From contig JAUCBJ010007725.1 of NCBI GenBank assembly GCA_032718475.1, forward strand, positions 1-64,000: a stretch of 64,000 nucleotides of DNA, read 5' to 3'. Position numbers and translations under genes: made by a program. This document shows positions 52,500-61,976 of the stretch, piece by piece; positions within the stretch are counted from its first letter, which is position 1, and each line of letters starts with the position of its first letter. This DNA is from Nemertoderma westbladi (taxonomy: Eukaryota > Animalia > Xenacoelomorpha). Below the pieces are notes generated by a model. It was not told the origin of the DNA, ran no database searches, and was given only the letters and a program-made list of their open reading frames with translations.

Positions 52500-55400
52500 A
52501 TGCCTGCTAGGAAATCTTCAGGTCTGTCTCGCTGTTCTACATGCACTAAGTTTTACAGTAAGAAGCTGAACACTTGTCCCTTCTGTTCTACTACTATTCC
52601 TACCCCTCTTGCTACTATACCTGTTGCTACTTCCCCTGTTGCTACTACCCCTGTTGCTACTACCCCTGTTGCTATTACCCATCTTGCTACTATACCTGTT
52701 GCTACACATACTGATACTCCCATTTCTACTGTCGCACCTACTATTACATCACTTGTTACCACTACTGATAAACCTACTGGTCTGAGTAACAAACCGGTGT
52801 CAGACTGTGTACAGAGTGATGGTGAGGTTGGGAAATTGGAGATGCCTGTCTGTGGGGGAGGAGATTGGATTCCTGTGGTTAGGAGAAAAAGAAAGTTCAG
52901 GTCAACGAACTTGATAAAGATTTATGTTGCAGGGAGTAGATCTGATGGGGAGCTTGGGAAGCATTGTGGAAGGTGTAGCAGGTCGATGTTGGGTGAAGGG
53001 GAGTATTGTGGGTTTTGTGTGCGAGAGATGAGTAGGGAAGATGTGACAGGAGCTAATCATGGGGGGAAATGTGGTAGGTGCCATCTCCATATGTTAGGTG
53101 GTGGGGACTATTGTGGGTTTTGTGTCCGTACGATGAAATCGAAATCCGGAGGGCAGGCCAAAGTTAGGAAGATTGCGAGGCCCAGGAAGGATCCAGTTCA
53201 GGGAGATGGAATTTTTGGTTGGCAAACTGTGCGAGGTAAACGGAATGTTAGGAGAAGTGTAGTTCCTAAGAATCAGGACCAGGGGCGAGTTCCAGATAAG
53301 CCTTGTGGGAGTGTGAGATCTGTGGATGTGGGAAACCAAAGGGAAGAGGATATGGAGAGTTCAGGAAATGAAGAAGTGGGTAGCAAGTCACTGTCCAAAG
53401 CTAGTAGTGTGTCAGGGTCTGGGCGAAGTCTGTGTGGGAAGAACCGCTGTAAGGACTGTAAGAATTTTATAAGTAAGAGGTTTTTGCGTTGCAAGAAATG
53501 CCAGAAACAGTATATATCTCATAGTGACAATGATGCAGAGGACAGTGTATTGGAATCGTTTCCGGATTTGTCCATGTCTAGCCAGTGTAGAGTTGAGGTA
53601 ATGGATATAGGGAATGAGGAGATATGGGACAAGATAGTAGGAAAGTCAAGGGTTACATCAGATAGGTTGTCTGGAAGCTCTCAAGGCAATGGGAGTGGTA
53701 GTGGTGGTAGTAAGAAACGTGACAGGTGTGTTGTATGCAGGAAATTTGTAGGTAGTGCGGATTTATTTTGTAGTAAGCATGGAAACCGGCAGAATAAGAG
53801 GCAGCATGACAGTAGGACAGACTCATCCACAGAGGAATATTGGACCATAGGGAGATTATCAGATTGGAGCACACAAAGAACTCAGCCTCAGGTTTCTGAA
53901 GTTTATGTAGATCGCGGTAAGGGCCATAAAGGGATGTCGAAGTGTAAGAAATGTGAAATTAGGTATGCTGCAAAGGGTAAAGATTACTGTAGGTTGTGTT
54001 ATGTAGATGGTCTCGTTCCGCACAAGGAGGCAGGTTCCTGTAGGTACTGTTTAAGTAAGATTCGAGTAGGAGGAAAATATTGTAATAAACTCTGCCAAGG
54101 AAAGTATAATATGAGTCTAGTTAATAGGAATCGAAGTTCCGATGTAAGTTCTGATTGTAGTGATTGGGAGTCCATTAGCAATTCCAGAATTAGTGTAAGT
54201 CAAGGGTCGCCTCAAAACCTTCAAGCTGTAAGAACTTGTAGTAATTGCAACAAACCAATTCCAAAATATAGGAGGCAGTATTGCAGTGTTGAGTGTATGG
54301 GTAAGATTTGGGGTGTTGGGAATATGTTTGCTTTGGGGAGAAATCTAGAAGAGTGTTTTCAAGGGACTACAAGTGCACACACAGATAAAAATACTAGTTT
54401 ACCAAGTAATACAAACAGTGACACATTAAACCTACCATCTACATCTAATACCACACATAATATTACTGAAACACATGCCACTACTGATACTACTGATATA
54501 CATAACATTACTGAGGATCAACACATTACTCACCAACAACATACTACTGAGGTACACAACTTACCTGTAGCTGTAAAATGTGCAAACTGTCATATAAGGT
54601 CTGGTAGAATATATAAATTTTGTATAGAGGATGTTCCACGAGAGGATATTTTTCGAAGAAAGAAGTATTTCCATTTGGGTCGTGCTATTCCGGATGTTGT
54701 AAAGTTGTGTTTATGTTGCAAGGGTTATCTAGATAAGAAAAATAATGTGACATGGGGTCTCGCTTGGACTTCGGTTATTTGGGATTTTTTAATTAATCCA
54801 AGAGAGAATTTTAATATATGGGATTGGCTTCCGGCATCGTTAAGAGAATTGTGGATAATGGAAAAGGAATTTATGTCCGATTGGTATGGAAATATTTCAG
54901 TTGATGGTGATCCATCGTTTTTTAGAGATATTACTTTAGATATCGCGCAGATTAGATTGGCTATCGAATCCATGAAGTACAAGCAAATGGAAGATATTTT
55001 GAATGCATATCCGGTTAGAGATGTTAGATGCCCATTTTCATGTTTTGAATATCCGGAAAAGGTGCAATTGATTCCTCTTTCAGTTATCCTGAAGGAAGAG
55101 ATTCCCTCATTTGTTGGATTTGAGTGTAGTAAGCAACTTGTTGGAATTGCTCCAGATTGGAAAGAAACTAAGGCATTACTTAGTAAATGGGCTGTTTCTC
55201 CATCCATGGTTTTTGATGGCAAACTTGGACTTTGTCAGGCAGTTTGTGAAAATCACAAGAATGGTTCTACTGTGGAATATTTGTATCCTCCATATAACCC
55301 ATGTTATGGTCCATATCCATGTGAATTTGGTGATAACCTTTTGGCTCTGGCTGTTGTTTGTCCTCGAATTATTCATAAACTTAAGCCAGGGTATTCCACA

Positions 55401-58400
55401 CATTCCTATCAGATGGCTGAAGAGAGGATTGGATTTACAGGGATTTCTAGTTTCATTCTCACACAAAAAAGGAGGTTTGATATAACATCAGATTTTAGCG
55501 CCATTTCAGATGAACTTATTGTCCAAAATAGACCTGATTGTAAGGCAATGATTGAGGATCTGGCATTTAAGACAGATAATAAAGAGATCAAAAAAATTAT
55601 CCAGGGTTTGTTTGATGCTGAACAAGTGTGTGATGATGAGCAAATAGATAAGGTGCTTTCAGGAACAACTTCTGTAAATGTTAGGGATGCTATGGCTCTC
55701 AGAAAGGCTAAGGCGAATTGTAAGGACTTGGATGCGGTTAGTTCCTCTGGCAGTAGCAGCTCTGAAGCAGATAGAGATTCACAACAACAACCACCACAAA
55801 TACCTACAGAACCACAACCGAGTACAAGTAGAGCACCACAAATACCTACAGAACCACAACCGAGTACAAGTAGAGCACCACAAATACCCACAGTGCCACT
55901 GATAAGTCCAAGTACTGGTACAGCACCATTACCACAGCAGCCCCAACAAGATCATAGGAAAGAAGTTAAAAAAGTTGCCCCTTTATGGCCGACAGTTTTA
56001 ATAAAATGTAACCGAGGTTATAAGGAAGGTGGATGTAAGCCTGATATTGTCAAAGTTAAGGAAGATGGAGATTTACGTTTTTTGTGGCTATGTGCTAATG
56101 TTGTGATAAATATACCTTTTCTCTGGGAAGCCCTTGTTGAATCTGTATCTGATAATAAGCATTGGCAGGGATGGTTTTTAAAATTTTGTTCAAAGTTCAT
56201 ACGTTCATTCCGAATACCATATAAAGCATTAAAAAAGAACCCATATGGGAAGAAAGTTTCAGAGATCGATGTGGAAAATAAAATGATATCCAAATTAGGA
56301 GTGACCTTTAGCCCTTATGCATCAGAAAATACTGCCCGCATTCTGAAAGAGTTAAGAGGGGTTCATATATGTAACATAGAATCCCGAGTTAATGTTGACT
56401 ATCCAACATTATTTCCAGATAATTTAGGTATAAATGTACTTATTTTCTGGAACAAAAATTTAAGGAATGCCACCCATGATGATCCAGTTATACCAATGCA
56501 CATTGAAGAATGGACATTACTATGTTTAGGTAAAACAGGGGGATTACTAGGTCAAAATTGGACAGGTGAATGTTTAGTAAAATCTGCTCGGAATGTAAGA
56601 TACTGGACCTTGAAAAAGCAGTATGGTAGGGGTGTTGACAAAGCAGTACTTATGATAAATGACTTTTTACCTTTTGAAATGACGTCTTCCTGGACATTAG
56701 CAGTTTATGTTAGGAATGATTCAGAAGAAGTAAAAAAAGTAAGAGAACAACTGTTATCATTCATGGGTGGACAAAATAAAGCGAAATGCCTAGAACATGG
56801 CAATGCACTAATTACGGATATACAAAAGTGCCTATATAAATGTCAGGAAAAAAAATTCGAGAATGCAAAAGTTTGTGGCTTACAGTCCAAAGTAAGGTGC
56901 CCCCAAGACGGTTGTACGGCATGTGTATGTAAGAAACACCTGAATGCTATAAAGGATGATACCATTAAATACATAACACCAATGCCTCAACCAGATGCAA
57001 TACCACCAGAAAAAAGACCTGAGTTCAGCAGTGATGACGACTATTGGTATGGAAGTGATGATGAAAGAGGACCCAGAATTGATGGAAAAGATAAAACAGA
57101 TGAGCCTGATTTAGTAGAAAGGGTAGGATTGAATACTGGGGACAATTTAAGGTTAAGTGATAGTAGTGATACAGATACATCAATAGATATAACGGACTTT
57201 GCCACTTACACAGGTGTTCAAGATAGTGAAATTAATGAAAATATAGAAACAGGTGTTCCACAAACAGATAGTGCAGCTAGACAAGTTGATTTTAGAGTTG
57301 ATGGTGAATTCTGTCCTGGGCATGTTTTGTTCAATTATGTGCAGCGACTATTAGTCAGGCCAGGCAAGCAACTAAGATATTCTAATATACATGAACGCTT
57401 TGTACAAAATATGATTTCGACATCACCAGATTGCTCTGTTTCCCTTTTGTACCCAGAGGCTCAGACACACCCGTCAATTTTTTTTATACAGTTACCCGAT
57501 GGAACTATTCCTGGGGCAATTCCTCTGCCCCTTTGTGGTACCTCAGCTGAGAATCGTAGATATGGTTTTGCTGGTCTGCGAGACCATGTTAGAACACGAA
57601 TAAAAAATGGTAGTTCTCTAACAAGCACGAATCCTGAGTACATACAGGAATGCTTTGATGCAGTTATAAATCTCGAGAGTAGGAAATTTGACACCAGAGT
57701 AATTAAGCATAGGGGTTGGGAGGGACCTGTTGGAATGGAAGTATCCACTGCATACTTAGCAAAAAGTCCAGAAATGACAAAACTAGATAGAGGGCATGCA
57801 GATGTTAGGGTTATGGAATTGGCTAGCCTTATAGCAGCATATGGTAAACCAAGGTATTTTTATACATTTACATGCAACATGGAAACAGAACCTGGACTAA
57901 GTCAGATATTCAACCAGGTTGATGAACTTTGTCGTGAGTACGTAAAAATTGAAGTTGATGGTGAACGAGTAGACTCAGATTTATATAAAATTAGAGAATC
58001 AGAAATTGTTGATGCAGTACATAAAGCATCTATGATAGAAAATATATCCGGCTGGTACAGATCATCAAGGTACTTCCTGGATTATCTAAAAAACAGTGAT
58101 GAGATTTTTGATGGAAAAGTTGCACATATATGGGCAAGGGCAGAGTTTCAAACTAAGACAGCAAATCTCCCACATTGGCATACGCTAATTTGGATGGACC
58201 CAAGCGAATCTGAGGAAACATCTCTAGACAGAATAGTTGCTGACCCAGGATACCTTTTGGAGGAAAGAGATACGTTAATAAAATTGGGATTTATAGGGAA
58301 AGAGGATATTGACATGATTGACCTGGTTGAAAGATGTAAGACACTTTTGACTCATGACTGTAAAAAACGTAACAAGGGATGTCATGTACAAAGATACAAC

Positions 58401-61400
58401 GATGATGGTGAGCTGGAATCGCGTTGTAAAGTCCCGAGATACTTGAATTCTGGTGAAAACAAATACGAATTACTGCCAAATACCCACGATGATGAGGCCA
58501 TGGAAATATTGGACTCAATTGGGTTAGCAGAAGAAGATCCTAACATGCCCCATCAAAGAACACTCAACCCACTGCCACCAATTAGACAGGGTAGGTTTGT
58601 GTACAGATCTGATGACACAGGGATATCTCCATTCAATACTTTATTATTTGGAGCAAAGAAGTGCCAGCAAAATATACTTTTTCTAGATGATAAGACATGC
58701 AGTGATTATGTCGCAAAGTACGCAGCAGGTGAGGATGCAAAGGCTAATGTGACACTAAAACCAGGAACAGGACAGGATGATATTAAGGTTACAATTGGAG
58801 ATGTCGAGAATATAAAGATTACTACTCAGAAAATAACAGAGAAACAGAAAAAGGATAAGGAAAAAAATAAGAAAAATTCATTCGATGCCAAACTAATTGC
58901 AATTACAGAAAGTGCTTGTCATTTACTTGATTATAAAATTGTATTCCCTGGGGTGGAATTTATACATATCCCAACAGTTTCCCTTGAAAATAGGCAGGTA
59001 TTTGTGCTGAATTACTCCAAAAGGAATGTCACTGATGAGCCCGAAAATGATATCATTGAAGTAGTAAAAGTACGTAGAGATTTGCAGCTACCCGAGTGTA
59101 GACAGTTCACTGTAAATCAGGAAGTGATAATGCGAGATAGGATAAACATGGGGAACTGTGCATCTACAATAGATGTAATATCTTCATTTAGTCTACGGCC
59201 ACCATTTTTACTTTTTGTAAATGAACTGAAAACATATTTGACGTGGTTTGCACGGAATGAACGTAAAGGCAGGGACACTTCAGCACATTCACAATATGTA
59301 AAGTTCGATGTATTAGAATCGAGTTGGGTAGATGGAGATAATAGGGTGGTTAAGATACGAGAATCAGCCATTGAAACAGCTAAGCAGTATGCTGCTACTA
59401 TAGGACTGGATCAGCCAAATTATTTTCAGAATGCCCAAGATTTCATAAATATACTTGAATTAACAGAGCTAGATCAAGATATTTATGACAGGTTTGTGTA
59501 CAAACACTGTGAGTACCCGAATAAAATACCCGTGCCCGTTTACTTTAACATATCACCCTCAAATCCAACAAAATTTTTAGTACATATTGCACTTAGCATG
59601 GGTAAATTTGAAACTGAATTAGATATATTTGGTGTCCCTAATATGAGAAAAGCACTAGTTAAAGCTAAATTGCTGCCAGATCTGCCAGAATATAGTGAGG
59701 AGCACGTCAATGCATTACTAAAATTATATTTAGAACAACAGATGCGATTTATACCTGGATCAGCATCCAAATTTGATAAAAATCTAAAAGCAGCAAAAAT
59801 TAGCTTGGGAGAACTTATATTGAACAATGAAATAACGTCTTTCCAGACACCACAAATTTTACTTTCTCAGTTAAGAGATGCAGCGTCAGAGAAATTAAAA
59901 GAGATGATACTCTCAAATCGTACGTCTATCTGTACAACTGTAAGAGAAAAATTAGTGCATGAGGGAGTTTCTAACTTGCCCGCAGTTCATGACCTAATAA
60001 ATGCAACAGTAGCAAACCAATTAAATTATCAACCAGTAATTGAGCAAATAGCTGGACAAAGTGATGAATCATTTAAGGAACAAAGTGAAAACTTATGTGA
60101 AGGACTGCTAGCGATCGATAAATATACATCAGGAATGTACTCCTCAATAAGATTTCCTTTCCTTGTAGGTGGTCCTGGGTGTGGAAAGTCACACATACTA
60201 AAATTGCTCGTGATATATGCTTTAAGTAAGGGGCTCAATATTATAGTAACAGCTATACAGGGTGAGACAGCACTAAAGTATGGCGGTCGACATCTCCACC
60301 ACATAATGCCCATTCCTGTAACAAAAAGGGGTGCAAATATGAAAGTAAATGTTTTAGCTGAACGAACAATACTTAGTTTAAAGAGAACGCTAGATAAGGT
60401 TGCTTTTTTGCAGCGTATAGATATTGTATTTTTCGAGGAGGTTGGAATGCTCTCAAGTGAACTATATGGAGTAATGGATACCGTTTTAAGACATTATAAA
60501 AAAAGTTCATCACCATTAGGAGGTTCACTAATGATAGCTGCAGGTGACCACTGGCAACACCCCCCAGTTTCAGGCCATATGATCTGGCAGAGCATGAATA
60601 TGCTAACTACCAATAAAATTTTGCATTTTAAGCATTATGTAAGAAGTAGGAATGATCGTGAGTTGCAGCGAATAAATAACTTATGTAGGACAAACGTTTT
60701 AACAGAAGATGAGATCAAAGAATTTAAAGAAATAATCGGAAGACGTTGTCAGTTTGTACGTTATTGGGATAATGTCCCGGATACAACTTTACGGGTATTT
60801 AGTAAAAGGGCTGCAGTTAGGTCAGCAACAACAACTTTGCTCGATAAAATTATGGACCCTGCCAGGGGTATAGCCTACTTCAAATCAATTGCTTATGACA
60901 CAGAAACAACAGAAGGTTATAGGTATAACACAGCACGTAGGTCGACTATTAATAGTTTAAATTATCACTGTGCACAGCAAGAGATGTTAGTTTTATATAA
61001 GGGAGCACGTATGACATTAACAATGAACGATCCAGAGAGTAGGTTCTCACAGGGACAGTTTGTACTAGTTTTTTCTATACCACAGGATCAGACGCAGCCA
61101 GTAGTTGTACTGGTTGCACCACCAGGGACCAGAAACACCCCCGATATAGAACTTGACCAAATTCCTTGGGCCAAGGTGTCTCTCAAAATGCACGAAACAG
61201 CTGTGGTAGTAATAAGTAAAGCACTTAGTGCAAGAAGAAAACAGTACCCTTTATGTCATTACATATCACAAACAGGACATAAGGTGACAGGGGATACTGT
61301 GGTGGGAGATCTAGCTACACAGATAGAAACCCAACAACAGAGAAAGTCTAAAAATGATACGTCATATAACTTATGGCAGAGATCGCAATTAAATGTTTTG

Positions 61401-61976
61401 GAAAGTAGGGTTGAAGATTTACATAATTTGATATTTGTTGGTGATAAAGAAAGAACATTAGCTGCAATTGAAAAACTTTTACGACGGAGAGTGGCATGGA
61501 TGGAATGGGTGGACCACCTAATAGAAACCCTCTCCAATTCTGGACCATCTAGACCGATACCTGTTGACTATACATTTCATCCATTCCGAGTTAGCGATAT
61601 TGCCCTTCCTGATGACCCAGTTGGATACATATACTGCTTAATAAGTACAAAAAATCAAAATCTGACCTATATAGATCAGTCACAAAATTTAGCACGTGCA
61701 GTAAATGACCATAACACTGGTCGGTATTCTAATCGCATAACCGAAAAACATGAAAATAGACCGTGGGGAGTTATGTCATACATTATTGGGGTAGACGACA
61801 TGTTTGGAAACCTTGAAACACGGCAAGTTATAGCTGATGATTGGAGACATATCAGAAATACAAAGTATGGTCCGGAAGCAACACCACAGGAAGTGCAAAG
61901 AGCAGGATTAGAGTGTACTAAAAAGTGGACTCCACTTCATAAAGATATTAAATATGTCCAGTTGACAAAATTTTAA
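52500..61976 (+). CDS. Giant Helitron-like RepHel transposase (~3158 aa): multi-Zn-finger N-terminus, HUH Rep, PIF1-like SF1B helicase, C-terminal GIY-YIG domain
   Basis: Rep motif I YFYTFTCN (~57855), motif II EFQTKTANLPHWHTLIW (~58143), motif III YVAKY (~58707). Walker A GGPGCGKS (~60168), Walker B FFEEVGM (~60430), GDHWQHPPV (~60543), QYPL..TGHKVTG (~61240). GYIYCLIS..TYIDQSQNL..HNTG..RPW (~61623). The first ATG after the acceptor tctttcag| (52343) is 52500; the ORF track's 52359 start is a TTG. Confidence 0.9.
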   Translation: MPARKSSGLSRCSTCTKFYSKKLNTCPFCSTTIPTPLATIPVATSPVATTPVATTPVAITHLATIPVATHTDTPISTVAPTITSLVTTTDKPTGLSNKPVSDCVQSDGEVGKLEMPVCGGGDWIPVVRRKRKFRSTNLIKIYVAGSRSDGELGKHCGRCSRSMLGEGEYCGFCVREMSREDVTGANHGGKCGRCHLHMLGGGDYCGFCVRTMKSKSGGQAKVRKIARPRKDPVQGDGIFGWQTVRGKRNVRRSVVPKNQDQGRVPDKPCGSVRSVDVGNQREEDMESSGNEEVGSKSLSKASSVSGSGRSLCGKNRCKDCKNFISKRFLRCKKCQKQYISHSDNDAEDSVLESFPDLSMSSQCRVEVMDIGNEEIWDKIVGKSRVTSDRLSGSSQGNGSGSGGSKKRDRCVVCRKFVGSADLFCSKHGNRQNKRQHDSRTDSSTEEYWTIGRLSDWSTQRTQPQVSEVYVDRGKGHKGMSKCKKCEIRYAAKGKDYCRLCYVDGLVPHKEAGSCRYCLSKIRVGGKYCNKLCQGKYNMSLVNRNRSSDVSSDCSDWESISNSRISVSQGSPQNLQAVRTCSNCNKPIPKYRRQYCSVECMGKIWGVGNMFALGRNLEECFQGTTSAHTDKNTSLPSNTNSDTLNLPSTSNTTHNITETHATTDTTDIHNITEDQHITHQQHTTEVHNLPVAVKCANCHIRSGRIYKFCIEDVPREDIFRRKKYFHLGRAIPDVVKLCLCCKGYLDKKNNVTWGLAWTSVIWDFLINPRENFNIWDWLPASLRELWIMEKEFMSDWYGNISVDGDPSFFRDITLDIAQIRLAIESMKYKQMEDILNAYPVRDVRCPFSCFEYPEKVQLIPLSVILKEEIPSFVGFECSKQLVGIAPDWKETKALLSKWAVSPSMVFDGKLGLCQAVCENHKNGSTVEYLYPPYNPCYGPYPCEFGDNLLALAVVCPRIIHKLKPGYSTHSYQMAEERIGFTGISSFILTQKRRFDITSDFSAISDELIVQNRPDCKAMIEDLAFKTDNKEIKKIIQGLFDAEQVCDDEQIDKVLSGTTSVNVRDAMALRKAKANCKDLDAVSSSGSSSSEADRDSQQQPPQIPTEPQPSTSRAPQIPTEPQPSTSRAPQIPTVPLISPSTGTAPLPQQPQQDHRKEVKKVAPLWPTVLIKCNRGYKEGGCKPDIVKVKEDGDLRFLWLCANVVINIPFLWEALVESVSDNKHWQGWFLKFCSKFIRSFRIPYKALKKNPYGKKVSEIDVENKMISKLGVTFSPYASENTARILKELRGVHICNIESRVNVDYPTLFPDNLGINVLIFWNKNLRNATHDDPVIPMHIEEWTLLCLGKTGGLLGQNWTGECLVKSARNVRYWTLKKQYGRGVDKAVLMINDFLPFEMTSSWTLAVYVRNDSEEVKKVREQLLSFMGGQNKAKCLEHGNALITDIQKCLYKCQEKKFENAKVCGLQSKVRCPQDGCTACVCKKHLNAIKDDTIKYITPMPQPDAIPPEKRPEFSSDDDYWYGSDDERGPRIDGKDKTDEPDLVERVGLNTGDNLRLSDSSDTDTSIDITDFATYTGVQDSEINENIETGVPQTDSAARQVDFRVDGEFCPGHVLFNYVQRLLVRPGKQLRYSNIHERFVQNMISTSPDCSVSLLYPEAQTHPSIFFIQLPDGTIPGAIPLPLCGTSAENRRYGFAGLRDHVRTRIKNGSSLTSTNPEYIQECFDAVINLESRKFDTRVIKHRGWEGPVGMEVSTAYLAKSPEMTKLDRGHADVRVMELASLIAAYGKPRYFYTFTCNMETEPGLSQIFNQVDELCREYVKIEVDGERVDSDLYKIRESEIVDAVHKASMIENISGWYRSSRYFLDYLKNSDEIFDGKVAHIWARAEFQTKTANLPHWHTLIWMDPSESEETSLDRIVADPGYLLEERDTLIKLGFIGKEDIDMIDLVERCKTLLTHDCKKRNKGCHVQRYNDDGELESRCKVPRYLNSGENKYELLPNTHDDEAMEILDSIGLAEEDPNMPHQRTLNPLPPIRQGRFVYRSDDTGISPFNTLLFGAKKCQQNILFLDDKTCSDYVAKYAAGEDAKANVTLKPGTGQDDIKVTIGDVENIKITTQKITEKQKKDKEKNKKNSFDAKLIAITESACHLLDYKIVFPGVEFIHIPTVSLENRQVFVLNYSKRNVTDEPENDIIEVVKVRRDLQLPECRQFTVNQEVIMRDRINMGNCASTIDVISSFSLRPPFLLFVNELKTYLTWFARNERKGRDTSAHSQYVKFDVLESSWVDGDNRVVKIRESAIETAKQYAATIGLDQPNYFQNAQDFINILELTELDQDIYDRFVYKHCEYPNKIPVPVYFNISPSNPTKFLVHIALSMGKFETELDIFGVPNMRKALVKAKLLPDLPEYSEEHVNALLKLYLEQQMRFIPGSASKFDKNLKAAKISLGELILNNEITSFQTPQILLSQLRDAASEKLKEMILSNRTSICTTVREKLVHEGVSNLPAVHDLINATVANQLNYQPVIEQIAGQSDESFKEQSENLCEGLLAIDKYTSGMYSSIRFPFLVGGPGCGKSHILKLLVIYALSKGLNIIVTAIQGETALKYGGRHLHHIMPIPVTKRGANMKVNVLAERTILSLKRTLDKVAFLQRIDIVFFEEVGMLSSELYGVMDTVLRHYKKSSSPLGGSLMIAAGDHWQHPPVSGHMIWQSMNMLTTNKILHFKHYVRSRNDRELQRINNLCRTNVLTEDEIKEFKEIIGRRCQFVRYWDNVPDTTLRVFSKRAAVRSATTTLLDKIMDPARGIAYFKSIAYDTETTEGYRYNTARRSTINSLNYHCAQQEMLVLYKGARMTLTMNDPESRFSQGQFVLVFSIPQDQTQPVVVLVAPPGTRNTPDIELDQIPWAKVSLKMHETAVVVISKALSARRKQYPLCHYISQTGHKVTGDTVVGDLATQIETQQQRKSKNDTSYNLWQRSQLNVLESRVEDLHNLIFVGDKERTLAAIEKLLRRRVAWMEWVDHLIETLSNSGPSRPIPVDYTFHPFRVSDIALPDDPVGYIYCLISTKNQNLTYIDQSQNLARAVNDHNTGRYSNRITEKHENRPWGVMSYIIGVDDMFGNLETRQVIADDWRHIRNTKYGPEATPQEVQRAGLECTKKWTPLHKDIKYVQLTKF

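Noticed and set aside
52518-61548. Short antisense or alternate-frame ORFs inside RepHel (and likewise inside the CRE ORF and the MFS gene)
   Set aside because: Shadow ORFs of long coding regions with no independent motifs.
52359-61976. Polinton/Maverick, endogenous giant virus or host PIF1 gene
   Set aside because: No pPolB, integrase, capsid or packaging ATPase was seen. The HUH Rep motifs upstream of the helicase indicate a Helitron-like protein.
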